Part shown: positions 1-12,349 of the stretch, one piece after another
How positions within the stretch are numbered: the first letter of the stretch is position 1
How the letters are laid out: each line of letters starts with the position of its first letter
Assembly (NCBI GenBank): GCA_047495785.1
Contig: JBLDXI010000013.1
Coordinates: 1,860,001-1,924,000, forward strand
Source: Lepidodermella squamata
Taxonomy: Eukaryota; Animalia; Gastrotricha
DNA length: 64,000 nucleotides
Reading direction: 5' to 3'
Notes under the pieces: generated by a model
Database searches by the model: none
The model's input: the letters and a program-made list of their open reading frames with translations, nothing else
Told to the model about the DNA's origin: nothing
Position numbers and translations under genes: made by a program

Positions 1-238
1 ATTCGAGGAAAAGGGGCAGAATATTAAATTTGCATAGAAGACCATTATTATCGACGCGAAAAAGGTGCTAATGAAGAATGAAATCAAAATAGATTTCATG
101 ATGCTTCTACTACCTTTCAGCTATTCTCTTTATCTGATATGAGACTTGCAACGGATTTACAATAGATCAATTAATGCTTCAAATACTTTATTCAGGTGCA
201 CCGATATATGTTTTGTAGAAAGGATTTTGCATCAATAA

Positions 239-1529
239 TTAATCCATATCTCGTGTAAGTGCTATGAAAGATTCTGAGACTAGTTTGAAGCGCTCTTGGC
301 GCCGTAGTTTTGCGGAATAGCCACGCTCGCCCCACTGCGACGGATCTGGCAGCGGCTCGATTCCCCATTTTTTCGATAATAGGCTCAAAATGCTTTGATC
401 GTTACGATGAGCGCCATAATTGAGCGGATCCGAGGCCAGCCGGCTTGGATCGTTGGCAATCAGACGGATATCCTCAGCGTAAGCCAACCATTGTGTGATA
501 AATTGGAATGCTCGAATGGTTTTCCTAACGAAAATGAACCCTCCAAGAAGCTGCGGACTGTCTGAAAATTTGCGGTCTTCAGCATCTACGCCCATCAGAA
601 GAAACGCGTCGCGTTTCGTATATCGATGTTCGGGGTGTTCGTCCTATATCAAAATACTCATAGAAATGATTAAAATGACGGAAATCATACCTGAAATACA
701 AAAATATCAGAGCAAGTTTTTTCCATCAAGCAAACATGTCCGAGGTCCATATTGCGAACAAAATGGCTCCCGGCGTCGCAATAGAAAAGTACATCATCCT
801 CTCTCATTGCGATCATGGTCTTGAGAATTATGTAGCTTTTCCATAGCCAAAGACCGGCTCCTTTGCGCTGATTCATGATTGCAGCATTTCGAGTTTTGAA
901 ATCCTCGTCGAGTGATTTGTCAGTGAAAGATATACAGACATCAAAACCGCCAACGGAAAGCCCTGTTTCACAGCTATGATGGTAAGAAAAAACATAGGCC
1001 GCAAATCAGCTTTCGGTAAAAAGTAACTTTTTGATCTGAGATTTTTCGCAGCAATTAGACGCGTAGTTGATCAGGATCCGACGCCCAGAAATAGATTGGC
1101 ATCGGCCATTGATGTTTATTAAAGAAGAATTTCTTCGTGTTGAACAGAGTCAAGAGAAGTAGAGTGTGATAACCAGAAGTCTTACCTTGTTGTAATTCGA
1201 ACATTTGACAATTTTTCTGCCAAGTCATGAACGTCTATTTTCTGTTGTTTTTCCGTTTCAGATGAATCAACAGTTAATGGCCTTAGTAGTTCAATAACTG
1301 ATTCCTTATCGCAGTTGCTCTCAGAAATCGGAATGGAGTACTCAGTTGGATAAAATACACCGCCGTTCGACTCGATCGCTGTCAGCAACATGGCTCGAAA
1401 ATCAGGAACCAACCGTAAGAGAGCGTAAAAAATTACAACGATCACGAGTAAGAATACTAGTATCGCCTTTATTACTGATCGGTAAGAACATTTTAAGAAA
1501 CAGCAATGCCTATCCCACATGAAATTCAT
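239..1529 (-). CDS. Type II membrane glycosyltransferase-like protein; 4 exons (1529-1186, 1132-1028, 973-691, 643-239)
   Basis: Three GT-AG introns join the ORF fragments in frame. N-terminal TM segment (ILVFLLVIVVIFYALL), then motifs INYA, GGFD, KGAGLWLWKSYII, LFYCDAG, YTKRDAF and HRNDQSILSLL, typical of GT-A-like nucleotide-sugar transferases. Confidence 0.75.
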
Positions 1530-2091
1530 TCGGTTGGTAATTTTAAGCTCATCGCCACACTAGAGCATTAGCATGTAGGCGCTTGCCGGCCTTCAATAGA
1601 TAACCATGATGTGAATAGGCCAGCTGAATCACTCATATTTGTATATCTATTACCCCGCCACAATACATCCTTTTAGCTCTATTGTTGAATATTGTGAATG
1701 GGTTGACACTTACATGTATAAGATCAGCTGCTGTTGTCGTCCGAATCGGGCCGGCGTAGCAACGTTCACCTCCGGAAATGACGTACAGGTGAACTGCGGC
1801 GAGATTGCTCCAATTTACGGACTTGGCAACGTGCTGTTTGGATTTGGCGTTTTCCCACACACCACGGGCCTGGATCATACGACGAAGCAGTTACCTTTTG
1901 TTATCAACTGTTTTCACAACAGAAATCGCAAAAAACATTGCAGTTCACAGAAGTGTAAAGAAACAGACAAATTGCTAACAATAGCGCAAACAGTGCCCTT
2001 GATAAAAAAAAAATCAAGCCACGACAAATTAAAGCCTTAAACCGTCTGTTGATATCTAGCTTCAGCTTGGACATTTTAAGTTTCAAGGAAA

Positions 2092-3630
2092 ATGGCAAAA
2101 TTTTTCATGTTCAGTTTGACTATCTGCGTATCAGTCTTATCACTGATGCTGCTGGTCGCTCCTGATAACACCGAGGCTGCGAGCAAGTCATGCGTCAACT
2201 TTTTCTCATGTATGAACGTTCTATTCACGGTGCCATTTTCGAAAATCGCAAATGCATCCTACTACTACACCACGAATTTGATGCGGCTTAGCGGGATTAG
2301 TGATGAAGATTTTCAAGCTCAAACAGACCTATTGGGAAATTTATGCGAGACATGGGTCACATTCGATTCATGGTATGACCATATAAATTGAGGTGAAAAT
2401 AACTTGACAGCGCCTGCCTTTATAGCATGGATGCGGATTGGATTGATTGTATCGATTGGGACCAACTTGTAAACCTCGTCAACATGGTTGGCTCTGAGGG
2501 TTTCGATAAACAGACAAATGGAAATACAGATGAAAATCAACGCATCCGAGACCAAGGCCTAAACCAGACTTATGAAACGTTTAGCAGCGTTGGATGGGTA
2601 AAACTTGGCATTTCCATGCATCCTCACTGTAGTTCAATTGCTCTTTTTCTCAGACGAGAGACAAGACTAAGAAAGCCGTGCAAATTGCGACTTACATGTG
2701 CAAAAATATGCCTTCGATATTGCCCTACATGAAGTGCTTCCGAGATGTCATGTTGATGAATGAAACAATCATCAATGGAACAACAATGTACGGCGCTTTG
2801 ATCGACGCTGAATGCAACGATGGATTGAAATGTAAAATTTGAAGAAAAACTGATAAAATGAAATAATTATATTTACTTTTCTAGCAACTACGTGTAAGAA
2901 AACCGAAATTTTGACTAGAGTTCTCGGGCATTGGCTATACCACGGTTGCGAAGCTGGCATTGATCACCTGCTATCAATTGTTCGAGTTATTTTCCAAGCG
3001 ATGATGTTCACTTCGGATCAAGAATGTGTTGATATTTTCGATGGGAAAACCGCCAAAGACTTGTTTGAACGTATGCAAACTTGAGTTATATCGGCTCCAA
3101 ATATTTAAAGATTTAAATTAATAGCCCGATACCCGCCGGAATGGGCTCTTTCCTTCGGCGAGCTGAGATATCCCAGTTGCGACAAGGCGAGGATCGCCCG
3201 CGCCTTTGATGACGAGTACAACAGTACAGTACTAGCCTACGTCAGAGAACGTAACTTCTCGGATGCCTGCGAGCTGTTCCAGTCTAATTACTGCCGATAC
3301 AACCAGACAAAGTGTCAAACAACTCCGCTGGAATGCACGTTGAAGAAGCAACGCGGCGGTAATGCTGCGGCGAATACGCCATCGCGGTCTAAAGTTACAA
3401 CCCTAATTCCGACTACTACAACAACAGCTACTGTTACGCAACGGGGCAGGGCGACGGCGGTTCGCAGGGGTAACAGCGAAACAACGACTGTGAAAGGAGG
3501 GCGGAATGCAAGAACGCGGAAACCGTCGAAAAATGACGACTACGACGACAATTCAGGGTCCAGCCACCTTATGAACATGAAAACTCTGGTGCCTATTGCC
3601 CTAATTGCGATTTACGCTCATCGTTACTGA
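2092..3630 (+). CDS. Cys-rich secreted, predicted GPI-anchored protein, tandem family copy A; exons 2092-2372, 2426-2597, 2654-2831, 2885-3070, 3125-3630
   Basis: Signal peptide, GT-AG introns that keep frame, family motifs FDSCM..WIDCIDWDQL and GHWLYHGC, Thr-rich stalk, hydrophobic C-terminus ending at the stop. Confidence 0.85.
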
Positions 3631-4140
3631 AATTGCGATTTTCTTTTGCTACTTTTTGAGAAATAAAAATGTCATTCGGAGGTAAACGGATAATTGCAAC
3701 TTCCGATTACTCATATTTTCGTAATATTATTTGTTCCACACATGCCGACACGTTCTTTCATAGGCAGGTGCTCGGATCGGGTTCAATAACACGTTTATAT
3801 AAGCAAGCAATTTTTTCTGCAACAATGCGTGGATTGTTGTAGAACTGCGTAGGTATCGTGAATGCTCCAAGGCTTTGTGCTCGGCAACTTGTTCGGTTCG
3901 TGGGGGTCTTTAATCGTCTTGGCAGCGGCAATAGTTAACACCTTTAGGAACGTGAAGAACAACTTTTTTCGTGGCGTAGTTCGTGAACATTACTGGCTGC
4001 ATTAAAGTTGAATCCTTTTAATCCTCCCAGGCTGAAATAATTGGTTGAGATCATCTCTATTCCACCGTTCTCCCCATCAGTCTAGGTAGTCTAAGGCAGC
4101 TGGCCAATTTCTATTTTAGTTTTTTACCTATCAATTAATC

Positions 4141-5559
4141 ATGAATCATTTTTCGCTGACGATTCTAAGTGCGGTTGCAATTTGGTTAGCTGGTGATACT
4201 GGAATAATGAGGACAGAAGCTGCCACGCGATCATGCGTGAATCTCTTCCAATGCATGCCGTACCTGTTTACCATCCCTTTCAAAGATATTGTCAACGCGA
4301 CTTATTACTATACCGGGAGTATCATGAGGTTGTCGCAAATTAGTGACGAAGATTGGGGCAAACAGATGAACACACTAACAACTCTATGCGATATCTGGCT
4401 CAACTTTGATTCTTGGTAGAATTAAAACTTTTGTATCGAATTTGAGGTAATTTTACGCATTTTATAGTATGGATCCTAATTGGATTGAATGCCTGGATTG
4501 GAATCAATTGGCTAATATGGTTGAACTCGTGAGCTCAACCTCTGGAGTGGAAGCTGCCAACTCCACTGAAGCGCAACGAAAAAGGCAAGAGGGCCTCAAT
4601 AAAACCGCCACTGGTTTGTCAAACATCGGCTGGACGATGGAAGATACCAAAAAGTCGATGAAAATTGGGTCACATTTGTGCCAGAATGTCCGAACCGTCG
4701 TTCCTTACCTATCCTGCATGCGAGATTTGCTGCTCTCCAATGAAACTATGATCAACACTACGCTGTGGTATCAGGGCTTGATTAAGGTCGGCTGTGTTCA
4801 GCCTGACATCAGCTGTAATAAGGTGGACAAGATGAATAGAATGCTGGGACATTGGCTTTACCACGGTTGTCCTCAAGGCACTGAGGCTCTTACCGACGTT
4901 GTCAGAGTCATCTTTCAAGGAATGATGTTTACTGACGATGGCGATTGCGTCAATCTTTTCACCGGAAAAACAGCTAAAGATCTTTTCGAACGTAATATTT
5001 TTTACCAAACTTTGCATTCACCTATTTATGATGAATTTTTACAGCGCTATATGACAAGAGAACTGAAGTCGATTTCGGCAATGATTTGAAGGGTTGTGAT
5101 TTGCGGCGAGTTGGCGAAGAACGGGATAAAGGTTATAAAAAATGGGTCACCGACTATCTGGTCGGGCAAAATGTTACCAAGGAAGATTTCTACCACAAAA
5201 TGGCCTGCAAGCAAAAGAACATTCCGTTGGAGATGTGTGCTTTATGGCCGTTCCCTACCACCAAGACAGCCTCGGCGACAACTAGGGCGTCCATGTCCCG
5301 GACTACAACAACTCAAGCAGCAGCAGAAGTAACAGCGCCGACACGTGGCCAGCGGGTGCCTGCTCGTCCAGTTGCGAATAGACAGCGGGACGGCGACGGC
5401 GGTGATTCTGACACGACAACTAAGCGAAGTCGTGGCGTTGCGAGAGGCAAAACAGCTAAACCATCAAGTGATTATGACGACTCGTCCTCCGCCGTTTCGG
5501 TGAAAGGCAGCACTGCTTTCGTCGCTATCTCAGCTCTTGTCATGCTAGCTATCCAGTGA
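4141..5559 (+). CDS. Cys-rich predicted GPI-anchored protein, copy B; exons 4141-4415, 4468-4991, 5045-5559
   Basis: Signal peptide; same Cys pattern and GHWLYHGC as copies A, C and D; Thr/Ala stalk; small residues followed by a hydrophobic tail. Confidence 0.88.
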
Positions 5560-6369
5560 TCGAATAAGAAAGATATCATTCCGGTGATTTGGGGAGAAAT
5601 GTCACATTTTGCTCTGAGAGACGACTTTTAATTTTATACATATCGCAGTGACGAAAAAAATCTGCGTTTCGCCCACAAATTTATGGAAATAAAGAGGAAG
5701 TTGTGCGCAAATATTGTTGAAATATTAGCGTAAATACCTGCCTTATATCTGTCTGCAGCGGTGTTCATTTGCATTCGAGGTTAACCTATAGCCGCTTGTA
5801 TCGCTACCGTGACAGATACAAACAGTATATGAGTAATTTGCTAAGTTGAAAAGCTTCGCGGTGTTCGAGGCACATATCTGGCGCGGTGGTATAAGGCAGC
5901 TTGTTTGACGAATTTTACACCATGGCCTGATGAACATAGCTTGAACACGTGAAAGAGTTCATGCTATTAATTGATGAGCGCAGCACGAAGTTTTACATGC
6001 CATATATTCGTCAAATATAGCAGTATGCTACCCAGAGCGCATTTTCTGAAACCGAGGTAAATTTTGAAATAATGAAGCTTCTATCTCGCCATTTTATTCG
6101 ACTTTTTTGACCCAAATGCACATGCCCTGGAAGACATACCCTTGCTTTAATCTTAACGTATATAAGTCACCCACTATTTTTCTGTTAGATCGGTCTGAAG
6201 CTCGATGCCAAGGTGCCGCTAATCCGCGTTAATTTTTTGCGCCCTCAATAGCACGTAAAATTTGGTCTCGTTCCTCGGGACAAATAACCCATTTTGCCTT
6301 ATAATTGCATTGACTTATCATTTCAAGTTATTCTTTGAATTTATTTCTCTGAATAAATAGTCCGTAGAG

Positions 6370-7862
6370 ATGTTGAAAAATTTTCCGATCGCCGTATTAG
6401 GCGCTGTCTGCATTTGGTTTGCTGGGGATATCGGCATTGTCAGACAAACTGAAGCTGCCTCCAGGACATGCGTGAATCTCTTCCAATGCATGCCGTACCT
6501 GTTTACCATCCCCTTCAAAGATATTGTCAACGCCACATATTACTACACTGGAAGTATCATGAGACTTTCGCAAATTAGTGACGAAGATTGGGACAAGCAG
6601 ATGAACACGCTCACCACGCTTTGCGATATCTGGCTCAACTTCGATTCTTGGTATGTAACCGACCCAACGTTCTAATTAATTTTGAATTCAACCTTTTTCC
6701 AGCATGGATCCGAACTGGATAGAATGCATTGGTAAGTAATCTTTCAAGCTTTTGATTTGAACATACTCCTTAACGAAGGATTTCTTACAGACTGGGACCA
6801 ACTTAGTACCTTGGTCGAGGTTGTAGGCGCAACAGCCGCTGATCCCCAAACTGGCGCGAACACAGCCGCTGTATCCGCGGACCGTCAAAAGGCGTTGAAC
6901 AAGACTCGCGAGCGGCTTGAACAAGTCGGCTGGACATCTGCTGATACGAGGAAGGCAATGAAAATCGGTTCGCAGGTGTGTAAAAACGTTCGCAACTTCG
7001 TTCCCTACATGTCATGCATGCGCGACTTGATGTTATCGAACGAAACTCTGATCAATACGACATTGTGGCTTCAAGGCCTAACCAAGGCTGAATGCACGCA
7101 GTCTGACGTGTCTTGCGATAAGGCTATCAAGATGAACAGAATGATTGGGCACTGGCTTTACCATGGCTGCGAGCAGGGTACTGAGGCACTATCCGAGGTA
7201 GTAAGAGCAATTTTCCAGGGAATGATGTTCACGGATGACGACGCTTGCGTCTCCGAGTTTGCTGGTAAATCGGCGAAAGAGCTATACGAACGTAAGCTTG
7301 CAAATGCCTGATTGTTTTATTTGAGCTTTCAAATCTCTATTCTTTAGCAATGTATGACAAAAGTATTGAGTACAATTTTGGCAACAACTTGGCAAATTGT
7401 AACTTAACTCGAGCGGCTCAGGAACGCGATAAGGCCTACAAAAAGTGGATCTCCGATTATTTGGTAACGTTGAACCTGACCAAAGAAGAGTTCTACCACA
7501 GAATGGCGTGTAAGCACAAGAAAACTCCACTGGAACAGTGCAACATCTGGCCAATTCCAACAACGGTTTCAAGCCGCATTGTGACCACTCCAGCAGCAGT
7601 TATTCGGCAGCAGCCTGTCGCCGCTCCCGCCCCGCAACCAGCGGCTCCAGCGCCAGGTCGTCAACCGGCGATACCTGCTCGCCCAGTTGCGAACCGACAG
7701 AGTGACTACGACGAGCCGGCAAGGACAACGACAGTAGCCCGTCGCCGCGCAGGCAGGACGACGAAAAATTACGATGAAGACTCTAACAATAGCGCCGTCA
7801 AGGCTGTTCAAGGCTCTGGTCTCGTCGTGATGCTCCTTCTCGCGCGGAGAATATTATTCTGA
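6370..7862 (+). CDS. Cys-rich predicted GPI-anchored protein, copy C; exons 6370-6650, 6703-6731, 6791-7291, 7348-7862
   Basis: Closest paralog of B; GT-AG introns keep frame; Pro/Ala/Thr stalk; hydrophobic tail. Confidence 0.88.
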
Positions 7863-9857
7863 ACTCAGTTGAACTTATTTTAACGGGCTTTGAAATGATA
7901 TCCAATGATTGAATCAAAGCGGCGTTGCAAATTTTTTTACCATTCTTCAATTCCTTTTCTTCTTTCATTTTTTGACGACTTTCTGTGCGTGTTTTGAATA
8001 AAAAGTGGAGGATTGTGGAAATCTTGTGTCGTGACTGACAACCCCTGATGTGTAGCCAGAAACCATGTTTACACAACACCTTTTCGTGCTAGGCACCCCA
8101 CTCTCTCGCGTGCTTGTACTCAGAAACCTTCGGTGCATGAACGGTGGTTGGAAACAAAAGAACTTTCAGCCGGCTTGTATTCTTTTTTTTGTTGAATTGA
8201 ACAGAGCCATTTGTCATCCATCACGAACTTTTCGTGTTTTCATAAAAAAACTGCTAATTTGGGTGAGTTTGTGGGGGCAAAGACTTCAACAGCTATTAGT
8301 GAGAATTTAATTACTTAAAAATTAACTGATCAACGTTGCTGAAGATTGGTTCAGATATATGAAGAAATTCGGCTCTAGCAGTACGAGAAACTAATCATTT
8401 CATGGCCAATTTTCGGAGCGTACGCTATTGCTTTTTTAGTTGCCAAGATGCAAAAGAAACCACAATATGGACTGTTACCTGGGGAAAAATACTCCGTAAA
8501 TTCTCGCCTTGTCTATTAATATGAAAACATACAAGGCAAAACAAATTGTTTTGCAAAAATAATTACAGATATAATATCTGCGGTTGTTTTTGTGTGAGGC
8601 AAAATGATCCGAAAAACAGAGAATCAAAAAAATGATAAGATGCCGACTCGAACATTCATTGTGTTGTGTTGGATACCGGTAAACCGCTGTGTTGATAAGA
8701 AGTGGGGATACCTAATTATTGACTTTCAGATGGAATGTAGAGCGAGTAAATGATGAGTAGAAAATCCGCCCCCTATCTCACATGGCGCTGTAATAAAATC
8801 ACTCTTACCTGCTTCACATACCGCAGCTGCTGAACAGTTTTTCCGTCCGACTTTTATTCCAGAACTTATTGCTACGATTAATACAGTATTAAGTATTATC
8901 GCTGCAAAATGAATGATGAAGTATAGCCACCATTCGAAAATCTAATTTATTTCTTGTAGCAGTGATATCTTACGAAACGGAGTAAACGCACGCAGGTTTT
9001 ATTGGCATGTGGTACCAGGGTGGGATTGAAGACAGGCTATAAAGTGCGCGCCCAGCCAGAGGTCGGCTTAGGGTGCATCAATGTAACGTTACATTAATCA
9101 TCACCGTAAGTGCGCCGATGAATGGCTTGAAACAACAATATTATGCTATATGCGAGTACTGCCCATCGTATATCCGCCGTCCGTTTTGATTCACCTTGAG
9201 AAAAGAAAACAATTTTCAAGGCTATAGAAGCGCGTGATAAATTGTACTGGCTATTCGTTCTTTTCCTCTCGATCAGGTCATTTTGCGAGCAACGTTTTCG
9301 GTTCATTATATGAAGAAATTGTCTTTCTAAATTGCCATAGTTCTAGATTGCCATGTCACCTTGTCCCACATGTTGCGTTCGCGACGCAGATGTGAGCGCA
9401 AAAAAAACTGTGCTAGCCTTTTGCGCGCAAAACTTTTCGCGCGCTCTCTCACTTTAACTCTCCGGCCAGTAGTATTAACATCGAAATGTTATTTTTGTTT
9501 GATGCTCGCAGGCTTTCATGAGGAAAAAACGAGTAAAACGGCTCAGAGAAATGTTATTATTATTATTATTTTCAGCCGGCTATTTTTATTGTAATTACTG
9601 TTGAATTTTTGCCGTATTGGAACCGCTGCATTCTCCAGCTGTGCGAGAGCGAGTAATAAAAAGATCGCTTTCCGAGCATTGTGTTCCGGCAGCTTTTGTC
9701 AAAACCGTAGCCTGAACAATTTTAACGCGCCAGCTTTTGTGTCGTTGAAATCTCTGCCACTGGAGTAGGAAGGCGCTCGACTTTCATAAACACATCTCAC
9801 GTTTCCGCTAGTCAGTGTGGCCATTTAGCTTCGTCGTTACAGAGCTCTCAAGTTGCA

Positions 9858-11532
9858 ATGTCGAAAGGCCAGTCAAAAAACTATGCTAGAAGTCCACCCG
9901 GCTCCAGGGCACGCATTTTCCCGCTGCTCATCGTCGGGCTTGGGCTCATTTACACAGCCGAAGCGAGGCGGATGTGCCACACTTTCCTAACATGCGCGCC
10001 ACTTCTACTTTCGGCCCCTCTTCGCGAAATTGTCGACGCATCGAAATATTATTCCAAGTCACTGCTTGTCGTGTCCGAAATCACAGATGCTGAGTGGGAG
10101 AAGCAAATGAAGCTCGTAGAACACCTGTGCCATACTTGGATTTCTTTCGACACATGGTAAAGAGCCTCGTAGCTTTCACAAACTCCTTCCTTCATGACTT
10201 TGAACTTATTTCTAATTAAAGCATGGAACGAAATTGGATCGAATGTATCGACTGGTCACAGCTGATCACTTTTCTCGACGTCATGGCTGGTCGGGTCGAG
10301 CAAGCCGGGGTAGCCGGAGCTTCGGTTTGAAATAGAAATACCATATTTATTGGCTTTATCTGTAAATTTTATAGGTCAACAAAGAAGCGGTTGAGCACGC
10401 CCGTCGAGCTTTTAAGGGAGATCACTGGACTGAAAAGACCCTCAGAGACGCTATGGATATCGCAACGTAAGTTGGAAAAAGGGAAAATCGAATGAAATTA
10501 TTCCGCACTATCTCGAATTTTTTATCAATTATAGTTTCACATGCAGCAATATCAAGCGAGTCACGCCCTACTTCAAGTGTGGCCGCGATTTAATCCTGTC
10601 CAACGAAACGATTCTCAACACCACATTGAGGTTGGAATCATTTATTTGAGCTGAATGCTGAAAGATGACAAATTGAGGCGGATACGTTCGCAAATCTTTA
10701 AAAATTGCACAAATTTTATTTTAATTTACTGTCTTCTTAATTATACTGTCGTTTTAGGTTCAGAGCCCTTGCAGAAGTACAATGCTTCAAGGGGACGCGA
10801 TACGATTGTGACAAGGTGCATACAATGATGACAGCGCTTGGACATTGGCTGTATCATGGCTGCCGCAACATGACTGAAGAGCTGACCGATATTGTCAAAA
10901 CCATATTTACCGGTCTTTTCGGGGACCAAATGAAGGACTGCGCCCGCATTATAGACGGGAAAACAACGCAAGAGATGTTCGAGAAACCTCCGCCACCGGA
11001 GGTTTACGAAAATTTCGGCGATGATCTATCCACGTGTAACATGACTGGCGTCAGTCTTCACAACAGATGGAATTACGACGGAACTGTGGTCTATTATTTA
11101 CAGCAACACAACATTACGAAGAAGCAGTTTTTCGCGCAGATGAGGCGCCGTATGATAGCAAATGGGTACGTGAACAAGGCTACTGAGGCTGAGGCAGAGC
11201 TTGAGGATGAAGAGGAAGCGCTCAATTCAGCTACAGAAGCGTCAAAACTAGCCGCCGAGTCTGAGAAGAAACTAGTCGACGAGGATCATTCGCCGTTGAA
11301 TACCGCGATTCAAGGCGATGAAAATAAAGGCGAGCTGAACAAGGAGACGACTACAACTCAAGCTACAGCCCGATACGGCAAGAGGCGCCGGCGAACTACA
11401 ACTCCTAGAAATGACGACTACGCTGCAGGCAGCGCTGATGAATATTCGTCTGATTCACGGTCGTCCATCGGAAACTCTCAACAAATCGCCCTTGTTTCCC
11501 TTGGCGCTATTATTAGCTGGCTTTATTGTTAA
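9858..11532 (+). CDS. Cys-rich predicted GPI-anchored protein, divergent copy D; exons 9858-10156, 10222-10324, 10375-10466, 10535-10630, 10758-11532
   Basis: Motifs FDTCMERNWIECIDWSQL, PYFKCGRD...NETILNTT and LGHWLYHGC; acidic stalk; hydrophobic tail. Confidence 0.85.
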
Positions 11533-12349
11533 ATCACGTATTTCAACGATACATATTATTGTTATTTAAATTATTTAATTTTTATACGGTGATGCAGAAA
11601 TTACGAACTCCATTGTTTTAATAATATTATGTAAAACGACCCTCTGATTATCAGAAATTAATTGACGCGATACCTACTGTTTTCAAGTCAAAAAGCGCTC
11701 AAGTAACCATAGCACGTGCGAACTTCGACTTTACTAGTACGCTCAAAAAAAGTTGGCAGGAAATTGGATTGCAAATGACGGTTCATAATTGAAATAAAAA
11801 AACGCGATAAAAATGCAACTCACACCGAGTCCATATTGTTTTTCGAGTGGTTCAAACTTACAAACCTGCGATTTCGATGCAGGTTTTGGAGAGATAAATA
11901 TCGAGCTTATATTGTTTTCAAATTATTTATGCTGTTTGGTGGGACTTGTTTTGGGGCCACCACCTAAGAGACAACAACATAATTGCCGATTAATTAGTGT
12001 CTTTTGTAGTTAGCACAAAGCCATAGCGGTAACAAAGGGCGGAAATAACAATTAAATGAAGTATTCGTGAGATCGATTAACATACACCATTCTCGTTGTC
12101 GGTTTTTTATTTACAGATAGTGAATTATTAATCATTTCGATCGATGGTCATTGAATCGATACGATTATTTTGCTTCTGGTGTGTCGGTCCATTGCATCAC
12201 TAGGTAACAAGATGAAGGTGCACTTGCTTTTATACCGAATTATTTCAGCTTCAATTTTCATTCGATTTTTGAGATATTCCATTTTTTTCGTAGGTAATCA
12301 GGCTGAAGATGCCATTAAGACAATAGTTGGTTATAATTTCAGCCGTAAT

